DNA of 64,000 nt from an uncultured delta proteobacterium (lineage in GTDB: Bacteria; Myxococcota_A; Polyangia; Fen-1088), in the NCBI GenBank assembly GCA_963796685.1, contig CAWCMR010000005.1:192001-256000 (forward strand). Reading direction: 5' to 3'. Below the pieces are notes generated by a model that saw only the letters and a list, made by a program, of their open reading frames with translations, searched no databases and had not been told where the DNA came from. The position numbers were made by a program, and so were the translations under genes. Shown one piece after another: positions 29,896 to 39,295 of this stretch (within the stretch, counting starts at the first letter, position 1; each line of letters starts with the position of its first letter).

Positions 29896-30540
29896 CTATT
29901 TGTTCGGTGGTGTCGTGTCCTTCCAGCCCTGGGGGACGACGATCTTCTGCCAGCCTGACCAAACAGGCTTCTTGGGAAGGTAGGCTCCCTCTTCGGCACC
30001 GGGCCAGTTGTCTCGCGACATGTATGACATGCCCATCGTCAACGCCTCACCTGGTACGAGGCTGTAGCAATATGGGTAGAATCTATACTTGAACTCGATC
30101 TTCTCGCCCGGCCGAAGGCTTCGAAAATCGGATATCTCCTTGCCTTTGCTAAAGGGCTCGGAACACAACCAGTGAACGGTCCTATGGTGTTCATCTGAAA
30201 TAGCAATCTCGACTTCGTATGAACGCGAGCCCAGGCCTGCACTCCCCTCGCCAACACTCGGCTTCGAATCTATCCAGAAGGTGCGGTCCGACGTTGGGTT
30301 TGCCAGTGTCATGTTCACAATGACCTCAGTGGCTGACGAAACTTGGTTGAAGGTAAAAGACAACCCCTCCACCCGTGCTTCAGACTCTGCCAGAGCACCT
30401 GGCGTGCTCTTCTCGCTCTGGGTATTCGTCGGCATAGACGAAGGCTTTACACCGACACCTGCATGACAGCCAACCATCACGGAGATGGCAGCAGCAATCG
30501 CGGCAATCCTCACTTGATGTAGCACGATGTAGCGGGGCAT
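29896..30540 (-). CDS. Putative lipoprotein immunity protein of tip 2
   Basis: Overlaps the tip-2 3' end; lipobox-like VMVGC; lower GC. Confidence 0.65.
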   Translation of the reverse strand: MPRYIVLHQVRIAAIAAAISVMVGCHAGVGVKPSSMPTNTQSEKSTPGALAESEARVEGLSFTFNQVSSATEVIVNMTLANPTSDRTFWIDSKPSVGEGSAGLGSRSYEVEIAISDEHHRTVHWLCSEPFSKGKEISDFRSLRPGEKIEFKYRFYPYCYSLVPGEALTMGMSYMSRDNWPGAEEGAYLPKKPVWSGWQKIVVPQGWKDTTPPNK

Positions 30541-31104
30541 TGGTCTCCATTCCCTAATTGATAATTGTACGGCCAGTTTGCCACTCGGCTGGAATAGGGC
30601 GAGTTCCTGAGAACGTCAGTCAGTTCCGCAATCTTGTCAACCTCAACGCCCCATTCACTCTCCAGACCGGGGTTGCCCGCGAATGAGTACTGATTCGTGA
30701 CATCAAGTCCCCTTCGGTACCCTTCAAGTTCGTTTAGGGCGCGGGCGTACTTGTAGTTCTGGGAACTCGGATTAGCAAAATTCGCAGACATGACCTGTCC
30801 TACGTGAACTCCCTCGTGCTCGACTACGACGTTGAGAAGCGCATCGCCTTGAAACGCATCTGGCGAAATCTTGACCCGTCCGTACATGTCCGTTACGCCA
30901 AGCTTCTCCGTTCCCGCAAGTGTCTGGTCGATAGTTGCTCGGCCTTCCAAAGACGTCCCTTTGGTGTACGTATCTAATGTCGCCTGATCTACTGACAACC
31001 CCGCTCCATCACCGCCCATCGGTGTTCCCTCCATCATTGCCTTTGTGGTCACCAGGTTCTGCACCTTGTCCGCGCCGCTGCCTCCCCCACCCCCCTGCTG
31101 TGTT
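30510..31104 (-). CDS. Orphan RHS toxin tip 2, HExxH metallopeptidase-like
   Basis: Begins TQQGGGGG at the core; VEHEGVHVGQ...NELEGY motif; the ORF is open upstream to 31331. Confidence 0.7.
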
Positions 31105-31480
31105 TGGTCGCCCCACCGCGATTCCACCGTAAACGAAGGCATTTCCCTGATGCCTTCCGCAGGCTTACGCCGCTTCGGCCGGGGCGCGACCTGCCGAAAA
31201 TTTGTCGCGAGGCCCAGACGTGCGTTTTCGGATCGGCAACACCTCGGCCGAGGGCGGGAGCTTGCACACCGACGGGCGCCCCACCTGGAGGCTTTTTCTT
31301 TAGCCGCTTCGTCGATGCCGAGGACCATCACCTGGCCCCGATTCTACCGGGAAGAGCAGCTAAGGGAAGGAAGTTGGCAAGGCCAGCGGTGGCGCCGGCG
31401 AGCGGTGAAGCGAGCCCATCGCCAGCGAGCGAGCCGCGAGGCCGGCCCCGGATGCGCGGGGCTGCCGCGACGGCCAAGGA

Positions 31481-31777
31481 CTACCGTTGTGTCCAGTAGC
31501 CTTGCCGACGCTTGAGATGAGCGACGGCCACGATTCCGATCTCGTCGTCGGATATCTCACGATAGATGATGGCGTAGGGATAGGGTCCAAGGAGGACGCG
31601 ACGGACGCCGCCTATCAAGGGCCATCGGCGTGGTGACTCGACGATTTCACCGACACGATGGCGAATGGCGGCAATGAAGCGAGCACCCAAGCCAGCCAGA
31701 CGCTCCTCGTACCAAGAGGCAGCATCCTGCAGCTCTGCCTCGGCGAGAGGATTGAAGCGAAGGCGTCTACTTGCCAC
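31481..31777 (-). CDS. RelE/ParE-family toxin
   Basis: AEAELQDAASWYEERLAGLG...PYPYAIIYRE...VAVAHLKRRQGYW. Confidence 0.85.
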   Translation of the reverse strand: MASRRLRFNPLAEAELQDAASWYEERLAGLGARFIAAIRHRVGEIVESPRRWPLIGGVRRVLLGPYPYAIIYREISDDEIGIVAVAHLKRRQGYWTQR

Positions 31778-31991
31778 CGAAGCGTTGCTCGAGACGAGCG
31801 AAGACCTCGTCGGCCGGGATGGTCGCGACTCTGCCGGCATCGACGTCTTCGATGCGGCGTTGGATTTCGGCTTCCCAGTACTCCCCGAGATCTCCAAGCT
31901 CCAGGCTTGCCGCGAGCTTGTCGACCAGGACCTCACGCTGCTCTTGCGGCAGCTGAAGTGCGGCTTCCAGAATTTCCTGCGACTGCAGCAT
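31767..31991 (-). CDS. Addiction-module antitoxin
   Basis: MLQSQEILEAALQLP...WEAEIQRRIED; paralog of 17375..17596. Confidence 0.85.
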   Translation of the reverse strand: MLQSQEILEAALQLPQEQREVLVDKLAASLELGDLGEYWEAEIQRRIEDVDAGRVATIPADEVFARLEQRFGGK

Positions 31992-33092
31992 GCTCCAAGT
32001 GTAGCGCGCCCAGGAGCGCGATGGGGCGTCATTCTGCACGGGTAGTTCCAGCTCTTGGAGGGCAGCGGCCCGACGGTTGCGGGCGGCGCAGCCGCCATGC
32101 AAGCGGCGGGACGCGGGCCGGGCGAGATGATGGCCCTGTTCACGCTGATCGTCGTGGCGGAGAGCGCAAGCGCGAGCGGCGGAGACGCCGCGGCCGGCGG
32201 CGGAGACGCGGTGGTCTGAGAGCGCGCTGTCGCCTGAAATGCCAAGCCTGCCCCGCGCCAGCCGGGCCCCAGCACACGCGTGCAATGCACGCTGCAGGAC
32301 GGCCCGGCCGCCGGACCGGGGCCCGTGGTCCGGCGCCGTTTCCCCCTAGGCGGAGCGGGCGGCGCCGTCCGCGGCGCTCAGAATCGCCCGCGTAGCCAGA
32401 GCGCCCCTCCCCTTTGGGGATTCCTTAAAAAAAGGGGGTGCCAGGGGAGGGGTGTCCAGAGGGGAGGGGCGCGGCGGGGGAAACGGCGGCCAAAGCGTGC
32501 TTGCACGCGTGTGCGTAAGGGGCCCGGCGTCGATCAAGCTGCGATGTCAGCACCAGGCGCGCGCCGCCACTTTGTGCACGATCGTTGCGCTGGCGAGCGA
32601 GAGTTGTCGTCGCCGCTTTCCCGGATGCAGCGACCATGCCGAGGCGTCCGATGCGAGCACAAGTTGACCGCCGCTGTGTCCCCGATGGCACTTGCGAGCG
32701 AGGCGCCGCGGCATGGGAGCGTCTACCGTGTGGCGCCGCTTTTCCCGATGGAGTCGCGCGCGCGTGCGCCCGGCAGGGGGCACGCGCGCGCGACGGGGCT
32801 CGGGCGCAGATCGCGGCGCTGAGCGCCTGCACGATGGAGCGGACTGGGCCTTGCCAGCGCGAGCGCGGCGCTGGCCGGCGCTCACGTGCGCGCACCCGCG
32901 CGCGAGCGCGTGCAAGGACCAGGACGCGGTGACCGGGGCACAGATCGCGGCGCTGCGAGCCACGCACCTGCACGATGGAGCGGGCGCCCGTGCGGTCGCA
33001 GCTTGAGAAAATGCTGTGGCCCAGCTGAAGGTGGAGCGACGGCACGGGCGCCCGCGGGGCCGCAGCCACGGAGCGCGGCTCACAGCCGCTGC

Positions 33093-33443
33093 TCACGCGT
33101 GGCCGGTGTTCCGCTGCCCGATCACTTTCTCAGCGTCGGTGATCCACGCCTCGATGGCCTCAGCACCCCGCCCCGCCGCGATCATCAATTTGCCCAGCAT
33201 GGTCAGGCTCGTGCTGTCCAAGTTGTAAAAGACCTCGCCCACCGTCACGTGGCTGCAAGCGCTCCACAGCGACCACGCTACCAGCAGCAGCAAGCGCTCG
33301 CCGCTCGACAATGGCCCGCCGCCGTGTTCTGCCAGATCCCTGGCCAGCACCGTCGGTCCCGCGTCGGTCCACAGCTCGGTCAGCCGAGCTCGAGCACAGA
33401 ATGCCCGGCACACCCGCGAAAGTTGCGACTCTGAGCTAAACAC
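33093..33443 (-). CDS. Conserved small element protein
   Basis: Homolog of 24188..24541. Confidence 0.7.
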   Translation of the reverse strand: MFSSESQLSRVCRAFCARARLTELWTDAGPTVLARDLAEHGGGPLSSGERLLLLVAWSLWSACSHVTVGEVFYNLDSTSLTMLGKLMIAAGRGAEAIEAWITDAEKVIGQRNTGHA

Positions 33444-34494
33444 GATCGTCCTCCTCCTCGCCGGCTTCGGCGGCTAAAGTAGAAAGCAATTCCTCGGCAG
33501 CCTGTTCGCTGACCACCGGCTTCTCGACACTCTCCCGTCGACCAAGATGTGCTCCGGGGTGGGTCAGCTCGTGCACTTCCTTAAGCTTCTTGATCGACAC
33601 CAGCGTGTAGATGCTCGTCGTCTCGAGGCTCGCGTGCCCAAGCATCGCCTGGATGAAGCGGATGTCCGCCCCGCTCTCCAGCATCAAGGTGGCCATCGTG
33701 TGCCTGAAAAGATGGCAGCTCCCTACCTTGCCGATCTTCGCCTGCTCGATGTAGCCACGCACGATGTCCGTCAGGGTGTGCGGCATGAAGCCGTTCCCGA
33801 GGTGCGAGATAAACAGCACGCCGTCGTCGGGCTCCACCACGTCCTTCGGCCTCACCTCGACGAGGTACTTTTCGATCCACGACAGCGCACGCTCGCCGAT
33901 GGGCACCACGCGGTCTTTGCGCCCCTTGCCCAATCTCACCATCAGCGTGCCGGCCTCTGGCTGCACGTCGTAGATCCCAAGCCTGACCAGCTCGCTCCGC
34001 CGGATCCCTGTCGAATACAGCGTCTCCAGCATCGCCCGGTCTCGGATCCCACTCGGCTTCGTCACGTCCGGCAAGCTCAGGACGTGTTCCACCTCGGCGA
34101 TGGTCAGCACATCCCGCGGTAGCCGCCGGTCCAGTCGCGGCAGATCGATCTCCGACGCTGGATTGAAAAGGATCATGTTCGACTTCGCCATCCACTTGAA
34201 GAAGGCCAGCACCGCAGCCAGCCGCTTGTGCTGCGAGGCGATGGTCAGCGGCTTGCCGAGCTTCGTCCGGTAGTAGAAGAGCCACCGCTGGTAGCGCTCC
34301 AAGATCGGCCGCGTGATCTCCGTCGGGTTGCGCAGGCTGCGCTCTTCACACCAATTGAAGAAGGCCCGCAGGTTGCCCTCGTTCCATTCGATGGTTCCCG
34401 GCGAAAAATGCTTCGCCCGCCGCATGTCCAGAAACTCGGCCGCCCTCACCCCGAGCGTCCCGTAGCTTGCAAGCTCGCGCAGTGTCCTGGCCAT
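33436..34494 (-). CDS. XerC/D-like tyrosine recombinase (element A)
   Basis: Near-identical to 24534..25592; catalytic residues intact. Confidence 0.95.
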   Translation of the reverse strand: MARTLRELASYGTLGVRAAEFLDMRRAKHFSPGTIEWNEGNLRAFFNWCEERSLRNPTEITRPILERYQRWLFYYRTKLGKPLTIASQHKRLAAVLAFFKWMAKSNMILFNPASEIDLPRLDRRLPRDVLTIAEVEHVLSLPDVTKPSGIRDRAMLETLYSTGIRRSELVRLGIYDVQPEAGTLMVRLGKGRKDRVVPIGERALSWIEKYLVEVRPKDVVEPDDGVLFISHLGNGFMPHTLTDIVRGYIEQAKIGKVGSCHLFRHTMATLMLESGADIRFIQAMLGHASLETTSIYTLVSIKKLKEVHELTHPGAHLGRRESVEKPVVSEQAAEELLSTLAAEAGEEEDDRV

Positions 34495-37400
34495 CAGTTC
34501 ACCTTGGCCACGGCTGCGAGTACGACGGGCACATCAGGGTACGATGCGATTTTGGGCTCTACCCCCCTATGTGCTGTTTTCGGCTCAAAATGCCCGTTTC
34601 CACCATTTTCCTCGGGTTTTCCAGGCAAAACCGCCATGCTCGACCCACCCTCAATGGGGGCTCGTTGGGGGCTCAATGGGGGCTCGAACTTGCCTTTTTG
34701 AAGCTCGAACTCGCCTTTACCATGCTCGTTCTTTTCGTCGTACCCGCAGCCGCCAGCCGGTTGCACCTCGAAGAGCCCCTGCAGAAACGGCGTACCGTCC
34801 TTGCCCTCACCGTCGTAGAGCAGCTCGTAGACGAAGCTCTGGCCACGCGTTCCCCGATGCACCAGCACGTATTCCAGATCGACCAGCTTGTCCAGGTGGG
34901 TCCGTACCTGAAAGTCCGTCCACCCCACCGCATCCCGCACTTCCTTGCGCGTGAAGCGGTAATCCTTCCGCTCCATCGCCAGCCCTTTGCAGCCTGCTGC
35001 CACCGTCTGGTCGAGCAGCATGAGCAGCCGCCGCGTCTGCGGCGACAGTTCATCGAGCGATCGCCCCAGCACCTGGTGTGCAAGTCGATTCGCCACCGCG
35101 ATGTCGGCCAGCGTGACCTCGATGTATTCGACCACCTTGCCGTGGTGCTGAGCCGTCTTCACCGGCCGTTGCTGCTGGTGCAGAAAAGCGATCGTCTCGA
35201 TCAAGGTCAGATACTTCATGTGGTCCCGTCGCGTGCGCGTGCGGTGGTCCGGGAAGCGCAGCTCGCGCGCGTGAGGGTTGACCACCATCAGCGGGCGAAG
35301 CAGACGGTGTGCATTTCGATGCACCTTCAAGATCTCTTCTTTTTCTCGGCGGACAAGCTGCCCTTCGAGGCTACGCGCCGACCGCTGCAATTCGTGGATC
35401 GCCCGCGTTTGTGCGCGGTCCTCGTCGACGGTCAGCACCAGGCAGCGATTGAGCAATTCCTCGTCGATCTCGATCGCCGTCGTGGTCAGGAAGATCATCA
35501 CCGGTCCTTCCACCCGGTACTCGTGCGTGACCAGCTTCCCGCTCTCTGGATCTTTGCCGGTGGATGCGATGGTCAGCTCGCCTTCGCTCTGCAGGACCTT
35601 GAGCGCATACGAGGCTCGCGAGGCGCCCTCTTCCTCGACGATGGCGAGGATCTTGTGCTTGAGGTTCGTCTCGCCCATGTAGAAGAGCGACTGCCCCGTC
35701 ATCGCCGCGTACTTCACCCGCTCTTCCTCGGGCATGAAGGCCAAGACAGCTTCCATCAGCGACGATTTCCCCGCGGCCGACGAAGACTGAATCACCACCG
35801 CCAAGGGATCTTCCAGCTTGCGCGACACCGCCGCGAGATAGCCGACGAGCTTGTTCGTCTCCTCGCCCACGACGCCGCAGCGACGGAAATCCTCGAGGAT
35901 CCGATCGAGCAGTCGAGGATCCTTGAGCAGTTGCAATGCTGCCGCCGTCTCCTCGTCGGTGAGCCGCACCGTCGTGTCCTTCGGCGCCAGCGCCGCGCGG
36001 ATCTGCTGGTCTTGCAGTTGTTCCAGCTTCAGCAGCACCTTGCCGAGATCAGCCTTCAGCACGTCTTCGTTCACGCCGAGCTCGGTCGTGGCTTGCTTGA
36101 GGAAGATCGCCCGTTGCCGGGCGCCGTAGATGTCCAGGGTGTCGACGTGGAAATGGTCGCCACGACCGGCGAGCAGGTTTACCTTCAGCGAGTCGAAGGC
36201 CGTGTTCTTCGCAAGACCTCGCACGCGATACCGACGATCGGCGAAGCAAAAGATCACGTCCTCACCTTGGTGCTCGCACGGCACGCCTGCCACCGGCACA
36301 GCCTCGGGCGCCGTCGTCTCCAAGATCGTCACCGGTGGCGGCTCCGTCGTGGCTTCCGCGGTGGGCGAAGCCTCCGCGTTGGCAGCTAAAGGAGGATGGT
36401 CAGCCGCCGCTGTTGGCTCCGTCGGCGTTTCGGCTGTCACCGCGGCCGCGGTCTGGATCGCGGGCGTCTCCGCAATCGGGCGCGCGCCCTTGCCCATGAA
36501 GACCGCGCTCTTCAACGCCAGCTCTAACGACTTCGCCGCTGGCGACACCTTGCACGCGTACTCGTTCGCATCCATGCCGCGAGGAAATTGCACCCGGTAG
36601 CACGAGATGCCCGCGGCCATCAGTTGCTCGGCCACCTTCTCGGCTCCACGTTCGCCAGCATCATCGCGATCGAAAGCGATCAAGACCTGCGTGGTCCCGT
36701 AGCGCTTGAAGGCTGCCAGGTGCTCGGTGATATGACTTTCGATGCCGTACACCGAAGTCACATTGCGGAAACCGTGGCACCAGAAGGTCAAGGCATCGAT
36801 CAGCGCCTCGCACAGGATGACGGACTTCGACAGCGGCAGGGCCTCCCAGTTGAAGATCCCGCGATGCGGTCCGGGCAGATACATATGGAGGGGCGTTCCT
36901 TCCCGCAGCCCTGGCGTGATCTTCCGCCCGTACATCCCCACCACGTTGCCTTCCTCGTCGAAGATCGGAATCACCACCGAGCCGTTCATGTGCTCGTGTC
37001 CGCTCTCGCGCAATACCCCCAGCTTCTGCAGCCGCCCCCGGATCTCGCCTCCAGCCTTCCACTGCTTCATCGGTAGCCGCAGCCCCAGCGTTCGGTTCGC
37101 GAAGCCCAGCTTGAAGCGGTCGACCATCTCCGACGACTGCAGCCCCCGACCTTCCAGGTACTTCAGCGCCTCCGGGCTCTGCTTCAGCGTCTCGTGGTAG
37201 TAGCCCACCACTTGCGCCAAGATCTCCCGGTCGTCCGCATCCGCCTGTACCGGCGCCGCTAGCTTGCGCACCACCGATGTCTTCACCACGTTCGTCGATG
37301 GCGACGTCAAAGGCAGGTCGGCCCGCAGCAGCTCCACCGCGTGCCGAAACGAAACGCCTTCTGCCTTCATCACCCAGTCGATCACCGATCCACCTGCCTG

Positions 37401-37595
37401 GCAGGCACCGAGACAATGCCAAAGGTTCTTCCGTGAGCTGATCACCAGAGACGGCTTCTTGTCGTCGTGAAAAGGACACAGCCCGATCAAGTCCGCCCCG
37501 TGCCGCTTCAGCTCCACGCCCCGCGCCTCTGCCAGCCGCTGCACCGACACATGGGCCTTGAGCTTCTCGATCTCGGACTCGGGGATTCGGGCCAC
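34494..37595 (-). CDS. CHC2/Toprim primase-ATPase-wHTH (element A)
   Basis: Same motifs as the element B copy; divergent linker and C-terminal wHTH/tail. Confidence 0.92.
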   Translation of the reverse strand: MARIPESEIEKLKAHVSVQRLAEARGVELKRHGADLIGLCPFHDDKKPSLVISSRKNLWHCLGACQAGGSVIDWVMKAEGVSFRHAVELLRADLPLTSPSTNVVKTSVVRKLAAPVQADADDREILAQVVGYYHETLKQSPEALKYLEGRGLQSSEMVDRFKLGFANRTLGLRLPMKQWKAGGEIRGRLQKLGVLRESGHEHMNGSVVIPIFDEEGNVVGMYGRKITPGLREGTPLHMYLPGPHRGIFNWEALPLSKSVILCEALIDALTFWCHGFRNVTSVYGIESHITEHLAAFKRYGTTQVLIAFDRDDAGERGAEKVAEQLMAAGISCYRVQFPRGMDANEYACKVSPAAKSLELALKSAVFMGKGARPIAETPAIQTAAAVTAETPTEPTAAADHPPLAANAEASPTAEATTEPPPVTILETTAPEAVPVAGVPCEHQGEDVIFCFADRRYRVRGLAKNTAFDSLKVNLLAGRGDHFHVDTLDIYGARQRAIFLKQATTELGVNEDVLKADLGKVLLKLEQLQDQQIRAALAPKDTTVRLTDEETAAALQLLKDPRLLDRILEDFRRCGVVGEETNKLVGYLAAVSRKLEDPLAVVIQSSSAAGKSSLMEAVLAFMPEEERVKYAAMTGQSLFYMGETNLKHKILAIVEEEGASRASYALKVLQSEGELTIASTGKDPESGKLVTHEYRVEGPVMIFLTTTAIEIDEELLNRCLVLTVDEDRAQTRAIHELQRSARSLEGQLVRREKEEILKVHRNAHRLLRPLMVVNPHARELRFPDHRTRTRRDHMKYLTLIETIAFLHQQQRPVKTAQHHGKVVEYIEVTLADIAVANRLAHQVLGRSLDELSPQTRRLLMLLDQTVAAGCKGLAMERKDYRFTRKEVRDAVGWTDFQVRTHLDKLVDLEYVLVHRGTRGQSFVYELLYDGEGKDGTPFLQGLFEVQPAGGCGYDEKNEHGKGEFELQKGKFEPPLSPQRAPIEGGSSMAVLPGKPEENGGNGHFEPKTAHRGVEPKIASYPDVPVVLAAVAKVN

Positions 37596-37748
37596 GGCGC
37601 GCCTCCCTTCAAAATCCTGTCAAGTGGAAGATACTTGTTTTTACCAGTGCCATCGACTCGCCTGGATGGTACTAGTATAATGGTATTTATGCAAGCGCTA
37701 ATTTCACCATCTGGGCCTGGTCCCGAAATTCGGCCTTACGATCTGCGC

Positions 37749-38114
37749 ATGCCACAGAGAGCCCCGAAAACCCGACCAGCCGAGGGCGCACGCCTGGCCG
37801 ACCTACGTCGCGCCGCCGGCCTCACCCAAGTCGAGTTCGCCAAGCTCGTCGGCGAGACCCAGCAAAACATCACCTTCTGGGAGCACAGCGATAAGCCACC
37901 GCGCTCCGACGTCCTGCCCAAGATGGCCAAGGTCCTCGGCTGCTCCGTCGAGCAGTTCCTCGGCATCTCACCGCTCGCAGATCGCCGCCCTGGCCCCGTT
38001 GGGAAGACCCAACGGGCGTTCGAGGAGGTCGCACGTCTCCCGCGCTCTCAGCAGGACAAGATCGTCGAGATCGTAGAGGCCCTCGTCGACCAGTATCGGC
38101 GCAAGGCTAGTTGA
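37749..38114 (+). CDS. XRE-family HTH repressor (element A)
   Basis: Near-identical to 28814..29179. Confidence 0.88.
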   Translation: MPQRAPKTRPAEGARLADLRRAAGLTQVEFAKLVGETQQNITFWEHSDKPPRSDVLPKMAKVLGCSVEQFLGISPLADRRPGPVGKTQRAFEEVARLPRSQQDKIVEIVEALVDQYRRKAS

Positions 38115-38154
38115 GCCTCGACCAGAGTTTTGTAGGATTCAAGAGTATCGACGA

Positions 38155-38979
38155 ATGGGTCTCTTCAGCAGATTTCTTGCTCAGCGTCCTCCAGAAGCGT
38201 CGGAGTTGAAGACGTACATGGAGGCTCTTGCTCGGGGTGGCGGACCAGATGTACGTGCCCGCTTTTTTCGCTCTCTCTTGTGCAGTCGATTGCTCGTCCC
38301 ATCGCCAGGACTGAAGCCTGGCTTGGATCCTCGAGCATGTACGGGCAGAGAAACAGATGTAGCAACCAACGCAGATTTTGTGGAGTCCAGTGCCCCGGAT
38401 GGAAGTCGCGGGATGGTTGTATTTACCGATGAACAAGCGCTTTTGGTGTGGCGCCCTACTGGCTGCCCCTTTACCACATTGCCCGCAAGCGACGTCTTCG
38501 GAATGGCTCTCGCCGCTCAACTTGCATCGTTGGTTTTCAATCCGGCCAACCCAATCGCTGGATACGTTTCTCGCTATGAGTTACTCGCTCTCGCTGAAGG
38601 CAGAGTTCCGCCACCACTCGGGAAGAATGAAGCGATGCAAGCATCTGGCCTTCAGCTTCGGCGTCTCGACCACGAAATTCCGACAGCCCTCAAGGAACTC
38701 ATATCGGCGGTTGGGCCAACCCTCATTGAGGTTCGCGCGGTCTGGCTTTTGGCACTCACGATCGAGCGAGGGGAGTCCCATCTCTGCGTTGTGATCGATC
38801 ATCGCCCTGGAGCCAATCCCGACACCTTTGTTCCACCTCTCATGACGCAGATTCAGACTCTGTTGAGGCCCGGAGAATACGTCGACTGCATCCCCATGCC
38901 TTCGGGCTCAGAGCTTCTGCAACAGGCATGGGACGCTTCCGTCCCAATCTTTGCCGCAAAGAAATCCAGAGAGAGCTAG
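38155..38979 (+). CDS. SseB-family protein (SseB N- and C-terminal domains)
   Basis: LLVP...MVVFTDEQAL..W...LVFNP N-domain pattern; EVRAVWL...HLCVVID C-domain; lower-GC cargo. Confidence 0.65.
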   Translation: MGLFSRFLAQRPPEASELKTYMEALARGGGPDVRARFFRSLLCSRLLVPSPGLKPGLDPRACTGRETDVATNADFVESSAPDGSRGMVVFTDEQALLVWRPTGCPFTTLPASDVFGMALAAQLASLVFNPANPIAGYVSRYELLALAEGRVPPPLGKNEAMQASGLQLRRLDHEIPTALKELISAVGPTLIEVRAVWLLALTIERGESHLCVVIDHRPGANPDTFVPPLMTQIQTLLRPGEYVDCIPMPSGSELLQQAWDASVPIFAAKKSRES

Positions 38980-39002
38980 AGCCCTGCGCTAGTTGTACTG
39001 TC

Positions 39003-39287
39003 TCACTTGTGATTCATCGCCCGCCGAATTGCCGATCCTGCCGTGAGGACAAGTCCGGGCAACGACCCGAAATCCAAAAGCAACGGTAAGTACCAAATCC
39101 CATTCACCATCCCAAGCGGCGTTACGAAGCACGCTGCAACACCGAAGAGGCCTCCGAAGAGGGGTATCCAGGATCTATGGTGGTTTCGATGTCGAAGGTT
39201 ATCGATCACAAACCAAGCATTTCCACCTGCAATGGCCGCGAACGCGGCCAGCAGAATCGCGGCTGTGACCCAACGAATAACCAGCAA
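39003..39287 (-). CDS. Putative membrane immunity protein of tip 1
   Basis: Immediately downstream of rhs; 94 aa, about three hydrophobic segments. Confidence 0.7.
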   Translation of the reverse strand: MLVIRWVTAAILLAAFAAIAGGNAWFVIDNLRHRNHHRSWIPLFGGLFGVAACFVTPLGMVNGIWYLPLLLDFGSLPGLVLTAGSAIRRAMNHK

Positions 39288-39295
39288 ACCAATCC

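Larger units (their letters stand above)
22216..31104 (-). mobile_element. Integrative element B (~8.9 kb): tip 2, immunity, TA, HTH, primase, Xer, ORF, HicAB, arm
   Basis: Bounded by direct 15-bp cores; backbone highly similar to element A. Confidence 0.85.
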
